A DNA stretch of 59,508 nucleotides, filler included, from Platydemus manokwari (GCA_037951405.1; 5 parts of 5 records of this genome joined end to end with filler, not necessarily neighbours in it), one strand, 5' to 3'. Shown: positions 26,354 to 40,646, counted from the whole stretch's first letter. The notes: generated by a model from the sequence alone, not told the origin. A program made the numbers and translations.

Positions 26354-29300
26354 TTACATGATGGAGCATAAGCTTTTATTTTCTTGAACTGGTTCTTCTG
26401 AGTCGGAACACTGATCGTAAAACGAGTCATCATTCGATGTTTCTAAAACGGGATTAGCTCTCGGATTCGACTGAAAGCTTTTCCAATTATTTGCTTCTTC
26501 TCTTTTATATCCTGTTGAAGGCATCGCTGTTAATTTCTTCAAAGCACCTGATTTTGCAGTATCAATGTGACTTGGTCTGGCATAATTATCTCTGCTGACA
26601 GGATTCACTAAATCACCCATTGGTGTAGAAAATACCGAATGTGCTGTCACTGACTGACTGATATTTGGAATTTGTGGAGGAGAATTGTTGTGTAGTCTGA
26701 CACGAGCAGAAATCAAATCCGACAAATCGGAATTCTTTTTCAATGGTGATTTACTATTTTCAAATTTTGGAACGATCGATTTACTACCAATAAGTCTTTG
26801 TTTTTCTTTTTGAAATAAATCCGATTGATAATTCAGATTTTTATTGCGCTTTTCGATGATTTTATTCTTTGTAATTTTCATTTCTTCTTCCATTCTTTTT
26901 GTGAAATCTGCCAAATCTTCTTGTTCATCTTTAGATGCTACCTCATCCGTTGCACTATTAAACGAGTTTCCATGAATTTCCTTCACTTCTACCTCTCGAT
27001 TAAAAGTCACACTTTGTCTTTTTTCAATATTAACTCGAGACATTTTTCTATTTGCCTCTACATCTTCTTCTAGACACACCATTGGCCGTTTGTAAGGTGA
27101 GGGCTTAGACAGTATGCCAATGGGTTTTTGTTCTCTCATGCTGTGAAATTTAAACGGTGATGGTGCTATGGAGATAGGTTTATTGAGTTCGGATATTTGT
27201 GAAGTTTTTTTCAAATCACCAGATATGACAGGCGAAAGAAAAGACAAGCTTTCGTGAGTCAATCTTGGTATTGTGGTTTCGGAAACTTTTGGAGGTGTGC
27301 GTTGACTTTCCATAGGATCATTACTTTGAGATACTTTTTCTAATTTTTGTTTTTTAATTTGATCGATCGTCATCAAACCAGGAACTATATTAGAACTAAC
27401 TGGAAGTGTTTTTGATTTTGTAGGTTCTTTCGATTTGATTTCGTTTAAGTTGGGTGTATGAATACCAGATTGACGACCCCTTATTTTATTTCGAACTGGG
27501 CTCAATTTTCTCTCTTTTAATTCTTTAGTCGTTACCAAGCCTGGAACCTTTTCTAAATCTGCGTCATCTACAGTTGCGTCACTGGTTTTTACCGCTGATT
27601 TTTCTTTAAATGTTATTAAATTACTTGGTTTATTCTCAACCACATCATTGATAAGCTCTGATGATTTATGAGAGATATTTGTAGATATCTTATCTACATG
27701 AGTTTCTGAGTGAGGAGAGACTGATTTAATTGTGGAAGACTTTGAGATTGAATTAAAATTATCCACAGGATTTTTGATGCCAGCTGCAGCATCGATTTTT
27801 TCCAACATTTTATCCCCTGCATTTACTATTTCACTTGGTTTTTCTGATTTTACATTGATAGATTGACGAACTCTTGTTTTTGAAGTCGTGCTAGTTACAG
27901 ATGAGCCAAGTAACTCAGATTTTCTTTTTCTAAGATCCTCAGTCATCCGAAGACCGGGAATCTTTTCTTGATGCCCTGAACTTAATGCTACATCTGATGG
28001 TTCTACTGTTGCTTTTAGCAATCCAGATTTTCTATTCTTGATATCGGCAGTCATTCGTAGTCCGGGAATCTTTTCTTGTTTTTTAGGTGAATCCGGTACA
28101 ACCATCTCTTCGGTAGGCACAGGAATTTTTGACAAATTCTTGGCACTGACCAATCCAGATTTTCGATTTCTAATATTATTTAGCATAATAAGTCCGGGTA
28201 CCTTCGATTCTGCCTTCTGTGTTTCATCAGATTCTTCTTTCTCTACGACAAACGGCTTTTTGACTTTCGGTAAACGACCCATAGTTTTTCGTTGTGCAAC
28301 AACTGCCGGTTTCTCAGAGTTCACTTCTTTTATATCTTCTCTATCTTGAGTCTTTGAAACATCAGTCGTACTAGAAACGGTATGTTCGATTTCTTTAATT
28401 TCCTTAAAATCCATAGTAGCTTTGGTCACCCTTGATGCTTGTCGGCGACATTTATTGCCAACACTTTTATTTACCTCCGGTTTTTGAACAACTCCACGCT
28501 TCCCTAATCTTGAAGCGGAATAATTATCTTCAATTTCCATCTGTTCTGTACCATAATTATCATCGTCTAGCAGCACCGAACAGTCAAAAAGAGCTACTGG
28601 ATCAGCAACTTTCATTTCAACGTCTATTGGTGCTTCCACTTTGTCATCTGGTTTAGCAGCGATTCCTATTTGTCTACTTGATAACTTTGCTTTTGAATTT
28701 TCTTTATTTAAACATGCCTCATCAATTGGTGCTGAAGTCTCTAATTCCTTCTTTTTGGGAATTCGTCCTCTTTTTCTTATACTCTTATTAATATCATCAA
28801 CTTCCATATTGTTTTCTTCTTTCTGAGTATTTACAAGCTTGGTTTCTACAATATTCATTGGAGCATTATCTACTTTTTTTGCCTCTGGCCTACCTCTCTT
28901 TTTGGGTGTTTCATCAACTTTAGACACAATATTATCTTCATTTAATTCGATCTGTTCTTTAATAGACAATAATTTAGTTTTTTTCTTAGGTGTTTCCATC
29001 ACAACATCTTTTAATGTACTCTGTTCATCAACATCTTTAGTCAATCTAGTTTTTCTTCTAGAATTCATAGAGACTTCTTCCGAAACATTCAAACTCTTAG
29101 GTTTACTTTCTTTATTAATTAACTTATCAAGAATTTTAAAATCTTCTAAGCGAATATAAAAGTCTTTTAAATCTTTAATAATTATCTCACCTTTTTCTTT
29201 AGATGACTTATCGCTACATCGATCTTCATTCGTGATATCGGATGTAACATTCTTTTGCTTTAATATTTCTAAACGACGCAATCCAGGCTGGCTTTCTTTG

Positions 29301-29458
29301 CTTGATTTTGGGGCAGCATAAATTTCATCCTTAGCTTTAGACTTTTTCTGCGCAGCTTTACTGAAATAATTTTAAAATATTAAATTCCAATTGTTAAAAA
29401 TGAAAGACAATTACCTTCGCAAATTTTCTTTTCTATTAATTCGACCCGAAACAGGCAT
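26354..29458 (-). CDS. Orphan ~1016-aa Lys/Ser/Glu-rich protein with AT-hook-like motifs, internal repeats and C-terminal CaaX (CSIM)
   Basis: Exon 1 29458-29415 (MPVSGRINRKENLR), 54-nt GT-AG intron, exon 2 29360-26354 fully open (3007 nt); total 3051 nt in frame. Ends ...ENKSLCSIM*. Confidence 0.9.
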
Positions 29459-32400
29459 CAAAGAATAATGATTAATATAATACTGATTAATATATGAATA
29501 TCTAAATTTTGAATAAAAGAAAATGGATTATTTTTAAAACAAAAATTACATAGATAACACCATTTTAAAAACATATTTTTATATTAAAAATATTAAAATA
29601 CGGAAAATAATTGCACATTTATTAACATAAATAGACACTAAATATCAATATTAATTTAGAACAAGCAGATGATATACTATTTTGAACTCAGTTACTTTGT
29701 GAAAATTTGAGGTAAAAACTATAATACGAAAAATAATTCAAGACTGAATAATTATTAGACTTCATTTTAACGAATAAAATAAATTAAACTATTAATTTCG
29801 AGAACATCTATTTATTTGTAATAATTTTGTAAATAACGCACTAAGTCAGATTATAAAAAACTTTTATAAGAGAAATTTGTTGTTCCCACTTTCTCTGAAA
29901 TTTATATGACAAGCTATTCTTCATGTTTATTAGTACATAGTTCTTTCATGTTCTATTGCTCTGATACTTCCCACGTCATATTCATTTGTGATACTACATA
30001 ATAGTATTTTTATCGAGTTGTCTCAACTGCTCATTATGTTCCCCCGTAATGGCTGGACATAATTAGTTATTGTGAAATATCTTTTCATATCATTTACAGC
30101 TCTTCTCCACTTCTTATTATAACATCATTTATGACCCCTATTACCACCAAAGATGCTATCGTGATAGCTACTATTCTGTAATTTTCTATTCTTACTCGAA
30201 AATTGGCTTTAATTACTCTTCCAGAAACAGATAGTATCCAGATTACTTCTTCCTTCATCTTCCTTTGGTTTATTAATTCACTTTTTGGCAAAACATCAAA
30301 TATTCTTTTAGTCTAACCGGAACCTTGCCAATATCTCTCATTTCTTATGATAAATTTACTGACACGTGTCCTAACAGTCACCTTTTGCTGGATCACCGAA
30401 TTTTTTTGTTGAGAATCCTACTTATTGTGCTTATAACGTGTGTCAATTGTTAACGGCTTATTCGGTCTAAATGTGATGCTTTCAGCAATGTTGGATCACA
30501 CTCATACTGATTCATTTCATAATTTATGATTGATTCTTCAAAAAACACCAGTTTTCTAAGTCTCATTAAAAAGCATATGTTTGTTTAGTGGTTGCATCGA
30601 ACACCTTTTGAAATATCATCAGTTGCCCTTGATAATCTCACTCTATTTCTATGCTTGTTTCTTCCTTGACGACATCCAGACGTCTACGTTCGTTCACTTT
30701 ACATTTTCATATCGCATTTCCTCGGACCTTTAATTCTGATTACATAATCCGAGTATGCAGTATTATTTCACTTTGGTTGTCATCAAAGTATGTATTTTCC
30801 TTCTCGACCACAGTAAAGCAATGATTCTATATACTTCACAGTGGATTTCATTGAGATTTATTTAAAATAAATCAATTTCATTTGATTTACGTAGTGAAAT
30901 TTCATTCCAGGATCTCACCTACTTCTAACAAACAAATACTAAATCCTATAGTTGATTTATTACATTTTTAAAATAATAATACACACGTGTTCCTTATTAT
31001 CTCGAATAATATCATCAGGAACGTTATTCACTGTATGATGGTAAGCATTTTATCAATAGTTTTACTTTAAACTTCATAACATTTCCCTTTCATTCATAAA
31101 ATTTTATTCTTGTTCAATACAAAAATAAACTTCATCAACACTTTAATAAATTGATATTGCTCCGGTTTTCTCCAAATTTTATCTGTGAAATGTGATGGAA
31201 TTGGTTCACTATTTCTACTATTTTCATAACTACCATTCCCTCAAGTTATTATGATAATTTATAAACTCCAAAATCTTATTTTTTTAAAATTTTTGTATAA
31301 TAAATTAAATTGAATACGTTAACTTTCATATATTTTAGTTGCGAGGATCTCTGCAGCTTTTCGTTTAAATTAAATTAATTTGTTTTACCAGACTTTGATT
31401 ATTACTAAAATATTGGCAACTTTTGAAAATTAGTCAATACTTTCAAAAAATTTATGTTATATTTTTTATCAACACGTGATCACAACTTTAAAAGTTATAT
31501 TGACAGGATCATAAGTATCCGGATATCGGATCTCTTCTTCACACCAACAGCCTGTAACTCTACGGGATGTGCATTTTAATTATTAATAGAATTGAGCTGG
31601 TTTATTAAATGAGTTATGATTATTTTGAAATGAACATAGTATAACAAGTTATCGACTTGACATAACACGAATTATGAAACTTCACATTATTATTATAAGA
31701 TGGGTTGCAAATCATCAGATTTCAAAATGGGTCTCTCAAATCTCTGCAAACAGAGATTCACTTCACAACAAATTTATTGATTTAACTAATTATTCATTAT
31801 CAAGCAACTTTAGTTTTTCATTGGTAAGAGGTACCAACATAATCGAATGACACACAGCTTAATTGTAACCTGATTTTTCGTGTTATAACATTTAAATAAG
31901 AATTTGAATTGTTAATTGCGATTTGCATGTAGAGAAAGTACCATAGTTCAACATAATTACATTTATATTGTATTTATTGCGAGTAAATTAACAACCATGA
32001 ATACTACTTCAGTTCGCAAAAATTGTTTTAGTTTTTAGAAATTTAACCGGAGCCAGCATTGAATTAATCATAAACATATTTTAGTAACCAATAAAGTAAT
32101 TATATAATTATATTAAACAAACTGAATCTTAATAAAAATCAGTTATTTAAACTATTCAGTGCAAATTGATTATAGGGTTTTAATGAAAAACTTTAACAAA
32201 ACAAAAGAGGTTTGATTTAATAGACTATGCAAAAAAATTTGATTGAGTCGTACTCGCAACACTGGAATCTGACTGACGTTCGTTCTAGATACAATTGTTT
32301 CAATACTTATGCAGATGTTAATATTTTTTGTAATTTTTCTTGTGCAATATTTGACCGATAAAAACCTATAAAACCCATAGTCCATTGAAAAATCCAGAAA

Positions 32401-33899
32401 ACTACTATTTTATAGAAAAGAAATCAAACGTTCATATCATCTGTTATTCCACAGCGTGAAATTTTAAAAGGAAAGCTTTTAAATAAAATTTAAAATATTC
32501 GTATAATTGTTTTTACTTCGATATCTTAATGTTCGAAATTGATTATTAAAAAATAAAATTTCTAAAATATTGTTTGGAATCCGATACAGTTCGAACGACA
32601 CTGAAAAAATTATAGATAGATATCATAATAATGACCAAATCCATCTTTCATCTCTTATTCTAACCACAAATCAAACTATCGACAAATTTGTCAACTATTC
32701 GGAAAATCCAAAAATCAATCGACAATAATTCGTCTCTAATAATTCGTAAATTATTCATCAATAAATGCGTTCGTACAACCACACTATTGATGCAAACTCA
32801 AATCAAAGAGTGAAAATCTATAAAATATTCAGATTCCTGTTCAGCTAATTCAATGTCCTAATACTTGAATTACTGTTCGATGTTAACTGCAGCTTTAATA
32901 ATAATAATATTTAATAATAATTAATTGATTTGTTTACGACGGAGAATGATTGTCTTTATTCTTATGGTATGATCAATAAAGATGAATTCAGTTAGTTAAC
33001 GGATCCATTTTTTAAAGAAGAGATCTGTGAGCAAGAAGATTCTTTATTACTTGAAATCTATTATTTGAAGAAGACTACCAGTAAGCGTGAGTAACTTTTC
33101 CTTTGTAAGATTTTAATGCTAAACTATACATCAACCTATTGACGGGCCATAACAATTATTTGATTGAGAAATGGTTAATAAACTCCCTCTTATGAGGAGG
33201 AAAACCAATTACCTTTCAAGATGATAACTCGATAATAAAAAATAGACGATGAAATATATACAAGTATTTTATAAAAATGTTTCTTAACATATGGTCTTTC
33301 AGTAAAATACTGGACATATATGGGAATCCTGATCTCCGACAATACATGAACTTCTTGTGCTGTTCTTGATTGGCAAAACGTTTCCTATAATCGTATATGA
33401 CAATTCTGATAATGTGTAACTAAATCTGTAATAATGTGTTGGGGAAATGGCAAAATGAAAACTATAATCAATCCAAATATGAGAAACTTTAACAATTTTT
33501 GCATTCAAATAGTTTCGCTTGATAACATTAAATTATTCATCGATGTATAGTGTAAATGTATAAGTATTGTAACAATTTTTAGGGTTGATTATTCAAGCGG
33601 TTATTATTGTACCCATTTTTATGAATGGCTTGATTAATCAAGCAATGTATTTTATTTTTACCTTTTTATAATTAATTAAATTTTTTTGTAAATCAAGCTT
33701 CTGGTTTATTATTGAATTGGAAAAAATAATAATAACAATAATAATTATCATAAAATGATAATGATAATAATTTATTTGCGGTTGATAAATATTTTAGCAC
33801 CTTTTCAAGAAAATATTAAGAATTAAACGTAGTAAAATATTGAATTATTTATATCACATTATTTCAAAGTTAACGAGTAAGTTTATTTTAATAAAATAA

Positions 33900-34760
33900 A
33901 AAGGAAATCCCATGGGAATAAATTTAATTGCACCCATTTTTGCCAATAATCCATGACGATTAAATTCGTCTCCCAATTCATATAAATAGGGGGAAAACGT
34001 CATAATTCACGAACTAATGCCAGTTACACAAAACCGTCTGATACGTGAAGTCATACTCGTCAGTAGAAGCTCGTATTCGATCCGATCCATATTGTGCCAT
34101 AGCCATTGTTTCAAGTATATATATATATATGCTCGTTAACGTGAGTCAGATTAGTTCTGTAAACCACTGATCAATACTATAAACACCGTGTATATTGTTC
34201 AACTATAGGGCTTTGTTTCAATATCTTGAAAGGTGGTTTTGCTGCAAGAGTATGCAGTTTATTAACCGTAAATCTTTCCCAGAAGCTTGATAAGGTTGTT
34301 CGTATTTTTTGTTGTATATTTAGCCATTGTAAAACGTAATAATTTATATAATTGCCTAGTGTAACTTTGGTGTCAATAAATATTTTTGTAGACAACGAAT
34401 TTGTTATTGATTTGAGTAAGATTTGATAATATTGATAGTAAAGGTTGAGACTGATAGCATTGAAATAGAGACTGATATTTTAGTTAAAATCTTTATAGTG
34501 TTGACATAGGAATAATTTTAGTAGTAAAAATTGATCGTTGTTGCCGTTTGATATTATCATCATATAATATTAAACTCGAGACGAGGAAAGAAAGAAATAG
34601 GTTCAATAGTTCGTAAGTAGGGCTTGATCAGAACCACGTGTGACTGATTAAGACAACAGTGATGATCAACAATAATACGAATAAATTAAATTTCGAGACT
34701 GATAAGGTTAATAGCAATAAAAACAAGCGAGCCCAAAACGCATCACAATTAGATAAGACT
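33900..34760 (+). repeat. Dispersed LTR-like repeat, copy A
   Basis: Alignable by eye to the reverse complements of 46390-47170 and 47230-47572 (e.g. TATAAATAGGGGG; GGTGGTTTTGCTGCAAGAG; GTTGCCGTTTGATATTATC; TAGGGCTTGATCAGAA). Confidence 0.8.
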
Positions 34761-36314
34761 CTATTAAATATTAGAAATATTAACAATTGAATAATACCTT
34801 ATATTAGACAGACAAAAACTGTAGTGACCTGAAGGCATTGAACAGTCACTGGAAGGAACTACGTGCCACCCTTCTGCAATGAAAAACTAAGGAAATGATT
34901 TTATAAATACTACAAACTCTAACCACTTTGTAGCAATTTGATTTAAACCTTGCAATTAATCTCCTTTCAGAGATTGATACAATTTTAAAGTGTAGAGAAA
35001 TAATAAAAATCACCATGATGAATTAATTGAAATATTGTTAAATGAGCTGAATTCGTACAAACAATCTGTAATGAAAAATCAGCAATTGAATTCCTTAGAT
35101 AAATTTGTTTGTTTACAGATAATTATTGTCTCTAAGATCAACCTCAATAATCGAATTATTAATTGATAATCAGTCCCACTGAAGTCACAATAATATCCAT
35201 GTAATTATAAATGAAGAGAGGGCGAGGAAGAGTTTCCGGATGAATTATAAATAAATAATAATAAATAAAGATAAAAATTAATTAGTGATAAAAATAAAAG
35301 AATTATTTAGTAATTAATATGTAATATCACAGTGAAAAAAGCATTCAAATAATGCATAACATTACCGTCTACCCACTGATCAGACTTGTATAAATAGCCG
35401 ATCAGGATTGCATTCAACACCTATAAAAATAACGACCGAAAATATCGATTATTCGTAAGGCAATCAGATCGTTGAGCGTGTATTATATTTTGGCAAAAGG
35501 AATTATTTTGTTGATGAATTCAAATAAGTTACGCTGAGTCATGTTGATTGGTTATTTTAAATATTTTCATTATCATAATCATAATTACAATTTACTAATT
35601 TATATTTTTAATACCTATTGAATAATCTCTTGTCGAAAAAAATAAATCTTCAAACTCAACTCTCTTCCCCGTCATCTTCAGACTTCCAGCAAATCACTTT
35701 TGTGACGCACTGGGCATTGAAAATCAAATCTTTGTGTTATTTGTCATTGTTGTTCTCCATTTTTCGCAAATAAAACTTGCAAATAATGGTTTGAATCTTG
35801 CATTAGTCAACATGGTGTAGCAATAGGATAACATTGCCGTTATAAATTTATATTTTCAATTTTATAGGATAACAAGGATATCATTCAGCCTTTTCATTAA
35901 ATTAACAATTTTTGTTGATATTAACAACTTAATATTTTAAGTCAAGACAAAAGAGGATCAGGTTTTGTAAGCCTTTAGATCTATTCAGTGAAATAATTTC
36001 AATAACGTGGTCATCAAAGTAAAAGCGATAAGACAACGATAAATATAAATCAAAACAAAAATCCCAAACAATAACAAATATTAATGTAAATATTCCACAT
36101 TTGCTTCATTCAGCTTTATTTATTTTAATCGGAATTATTATTAACACTTTTCATTTATTTTAATAAATAACGTTTAATTTGTTTATATTTCATAAGTTCA
36201 GAAGGATTTGGCTTGTTTAAAATAAAATAATATTAAGATTTATTATGTGCCTGACTCCAAAGGCGCAGTAATAGAAACAGTGATAATAATTTTAATATAA
36301 ATAGAGAATAAATT

Positions 36315-36414
36315 NNNNNNNNNNNNNNNNNNNNNNNNNNNNNNNNNNNNNNNNNNNNTTAATTAATTAANNNNNNNNNNNNNNNNNNNNNNNNNNNNNN
36401 NNNNNNNNNNNNNN
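36315..36414. other. Artificial scaffold spacer N44-TTAATTAATTAA-N44
   Basis: Same 100-nt linker. Confidence 0.97.
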
Positions 36415-39400
36415 GTTTAAATAATTGATTGGCGGTTGATTGCAGTTTTTCAAATAAATATTATGACGGAATGTGCTTTTAACTTAACTCATATTGTCAA
36501 AAGTCAAATACATTTATTTCAAAAACAATATGTAAGGAACTGTCCCACAGAAAACTGGAAATTAATTTCCTTATCATTTGTGTACCTTTTAAGTAATCGT
36601 CTTGAAAAAACGAATCTTTTTTAGTGCTGGATTAAATACATTTGATTAATATTTATTTTGAGCTAAAGTTTAAAAAAGGCGGTCTAAAATAAAATTATAA
36701 AAATACCTTATGCGCGAAAATTCATCACTATGAAAGTAGGTCAAAGTACCCCTTTTCTTAATTTAAACCCAACTTTTTATTTAGTTTCAGTTTAAACCCA
36801 AATTATTTATTTAATTATTAATATATTAAATATTTAATTACTAATAATGTTCTCTTGGAATCAATCCCAGAGCTCCACAATATGATTCGATTGTAACTCG
36901 ACCGTCTTTATTGGGCTCAAAAAGTCTTAACCATTTCTAAATATACAATATGGTTGAATTTATTAACTTGCGAATGTTGATATTAAAAAGAGTAATTTTT
37001 TGTTTTCAAAATTGAATGAAATAGATAAATCACGTAAGAAAAAATAATTGATCGTTATCTTATTTTAAAAAGGTAATTATTGGTCTCCATTAGAAACGAT
37101 ATTAGTTAAAAGTTTAAATGACCTTAAATTTTAAATTTTATATCGCAAATAAAATTTAATTAACATAATAAATAATTAATAAAATAAGAATGTTAGAGCG
37201 GAAATTCAATAAAAGAAAACAATTATAAATAGGACTAAATAATTATATAAATATTTTCTTTCAAAGTGATTTCAAGACAAATTATTATTAATGATTTTTA
37301 CAATTTAGCTGATCTATATGATAAGATGTTATCTTACCAAAAATTAAAAAACCTAATTAGATTAAAACTAGATTTTAAAATGATATAAAATAATCAGTTA
37401 AGAAAATCAATAACTGCTTACGTCTACAAAATCACCGTCAAAATTGTGCCGCCTCATGTAGGAAGAAATCTCATCATATGTTATTTCACCACAATAATCG
37501 ACATCTATTTCCTCGAAAGTCTTTAAAAAATCCAATGACATAGCTCAAAATAGAATATTGAAGCACTGATGATTACTATAAATGTCAGTCTTATTTACAA
37601 ACAAACACATAAAAATTGTTTCAATTTCACTTCTTTCAAAAAGATGATAAAATTTTTCAGTAAATAAGCTTATAAAATGAAAATTTTTTCAACATTTCAC
37701 GACCTTTGGTAAATATCACTGCTTTAATTGGAATTTATGTTTGAGTGTGAGTGGTAGGAAATATATTTCATAAGATAAATAACAGTTATACAGGTGGTTT
37801 TTATTTAGATTTACATCTACTCCTATTTTGCTTAAAATCAAAATGAAAAATAATCGGTAATTATTTAATATAAATAGGATCTTCGGGAGGGGGGCTGTAG
37901 CAGAATACATTATCTCGACCTTAAAGATTTAAATAATTTTCCTATTGAATCTTTCGTGTGTTGGGCATGAAACTTTTCTTTTGTTCCATTATTTTTCAGA
38001 AGATCTGTAGTATTTGTTGGGTTTTGCTTATTTCACTTGGAGAATTTGCAGTGCTTGACGTGCTAATACAAATTTGATGTTGTCAATGAGATTGTGTCAG
38101 AGAGGAAGTTGATTTCAAAGGTCAAAGCAACGGTTCAGTGTTTTTTGGATAATTTGGTATTTTAGCGACACTATTGATTCTTGAAGTAGTTTCGGAGTTG
38201 GTATCAAATAGGGAGATTTCACCTGGAAGATGGCTTGGTAAAATAATCGGTGAAGTCGTTATTGATTGTCGAGTAGTTTCGCCTTTCAGTTCTAGGACCT
38301 CATTAGGAGGTGGTTGTAGGCCGAATGGTTTCTTAGGAATATAAAAGTAGGAGAAGTCATTATTGAATTGCTAAGTTGATGCGTTGACCTTTGTGAACCA
38401 ACTTTAAGCTACCAGAAGTTGGTTTTGGCAATGGTTGAGATTACGAAATATTGTTTTGTCCGTTTCTTATATTTACGGAAAAGGTTTTGTTTGTTATTTT
38501 ATTCAAGTCTATGAATATTTTAATCTGATTTAATTATTGTAGGTAGATTTTATTCAATGAGATAATATATTAAAAGATGATTTAGAGGTTAATTCAGAAG
38601 TTTAGGTTGGCCATTTATGAGTTTATGAATAGCGTATTATTGGCATTGGTCATCTAATAAAGATTTTTATCGTTGATATGCTTATTTTGATATTAATTTA
38701 GAATATATTAATTTGTAGAGTAATATAATTAGGTAAAAATTAACGATAGATATGGCACCTTTTAACGGGTTAAATGTAGTTAGATATTGCTAAAGATTCT
38801 ACTAGTGTTATTGTGGAAGTCAATTACAAATTATAAAAACAATGTGCAGCCTTTTAACAAGGTAGCAATAATAACTGATGAAATAAAGTTAATGGATTTA
38901 TTATTTACTGCTGGAAGTTTTAGAATTTTACTATAATGAAATATCAAGAATATTTACAAAACGAAACACTTAATTTAGTAATAGTACAATTGCAAGTAAT
39001 AAATCGGTTACATAGAAATGATCATTGTTGTAAATAAAGCTGAGTTGTATATCAGTGTCATTGATCTGTGAATCAATTTCGAAATTATTAACTTGATCGT
39101 CAAATCGTTAACTGTGATAAATAATAAAGTGGAACTGATATAAAAAATTGTAAATATTCAGCATTCTATTCATTCGTTATCATCAGGTAAAGTTAACACA
39201 TGTTTAAAGCTTAATGAAAATTAGTTTGTTAATATCCAAGATCATAGACACTTATGTTCAATCAATTTTTCAATCATTAAGTGGCTTGTAATGTATTTAC
39301 TTGATTAAAATATGAAGATTTTTACATAAATTAATAGAGATTTCATTCTTATTTTGTTATCTGATTCCACATTTCCAAATGATAAATATTTTTTATCGAA

Positions 39401-39919
39401 TTGAAACTTTCTGTATTTTCAAAACCTTTATAAAATATCATTAACTTAAAAATCATCCCGGTTCCATTTTTGTCATAATAATAACACCAATGATCCAGAA
39501 TTTTTTATTACAATAATACAAAAAAGTCTTGGTCGATCTAGATAATAAGAATTTAATATAATCACGATGACTAAACACGTGACAAGAACAATGAAAGAGC
39601 ATAACTAAGAAAACCAATATTCAATCATCGGGACTCATTTTATTGCGCGGGTTTTATGTGAGATTATTGTTAAAGATGTGATATTATTTGATATCAGAAG
39701 GTTTTTTTATTAACTTTAACTTATCTAATTCCAAGTGATAAAAGTCGTTACTGCAATCTAATCGTCTGGTATTGTCAAATTATTATTAAAATATAAATAC
39801 TAATTATAAAATAAAGCCATACTAAACATCAAAATATATTTGATTGATTGAAATAATTTTATAACATTATCAGATAAAGTAAGAGTCTATTTTATAAGCA
39901 CACTAACCTCAAGATAAAA

Positions 39920-40090
39920 TTAAAGGGCGTGTCACCCAGGTGGTCGCACAAGTCTCTCTGGAAAAGTGAAAGTGGGGAACCAAAGATTTTAAAAGACCAC
40001 AAGGCTAGAAATAGCTGTAGGTGTGGAGATAATTAATAAAACAACAATAAATAATTAACATTTTTGCATAAAATATTTTCTGAATAATTT
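39920..40090 (+). repeat. Dispersed repeat, probable DNA-transposon end (copy 1)
   Basis: TTAA-AGGGCGTGTCACCCAGGTGGTCGCACAAGTCTCTCT..GGGGAACCAA..CCACAAGGCTAGAAATA is homologous to 48720-48900. Confidence 0.55.
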
Positions 40091-40646
40091 TGCTCGGATA
40101 ATAAATAAAATTCAAACTATAAAAGGATAAGGAAATGATTGAATTCGTTCAAATAAATCTAATTCAATATTTTTGAGCTTGAAATCTTGGTCGTAAATTT
40201 TCTACGTGCTATTTTGTGCTCGAAAAATATTCATTTTCCAAACCACACCAATAATGAAAATCAATATGAAACATTTAGCGCGATAATAAATATAAAATCC
40301 ACAATTCTCTTTACCAAATCTTTCATAGGAAATCGATGTAAGATTATTTCCAGTCAATTTTATCATTCTCTCATTAATATAGCATTTTATAATCTTTGAT
40401 ATTCATCTTAGAGCATTGATTGGAACAATGGTCAGATCACCTTGACAGTTTTTGATATGAAAACATTGGATTTGATATTCTGTCATCTTCTGTCAATAGA
40501 AATATATCGCCAGAATAAATAAATAAATAATTAAAACTGAAATGTAATTTTTTTGTGTTGGACTATTTTGATGTTGTGTCTATTAACGACAAGCATATAT
40601 ATATATATATATATTTGGTGTGAAAATATAAATTTATAATTATAAA

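Noticed and set aside
26825-29159. Plus-strand ORFs overlapping the CaaX gene
   Set aside because: Antisense shadows of a long, codon-biased exon.
29880-30900. Possible gag/protease relic on the minus strand
   Set aside because: Purine-biased and coding-like, but no diagnostic motif is readable.
38270-38310. Hammerhead-ribozyme-like CTAATGAGGTCC..GGCGAAAC on the minus strand
   Set aside because: The core is CUAAUGA rather than CUGANGA, stem II is imperfect, and no stem I/III pairing or cleavage triplet was found.
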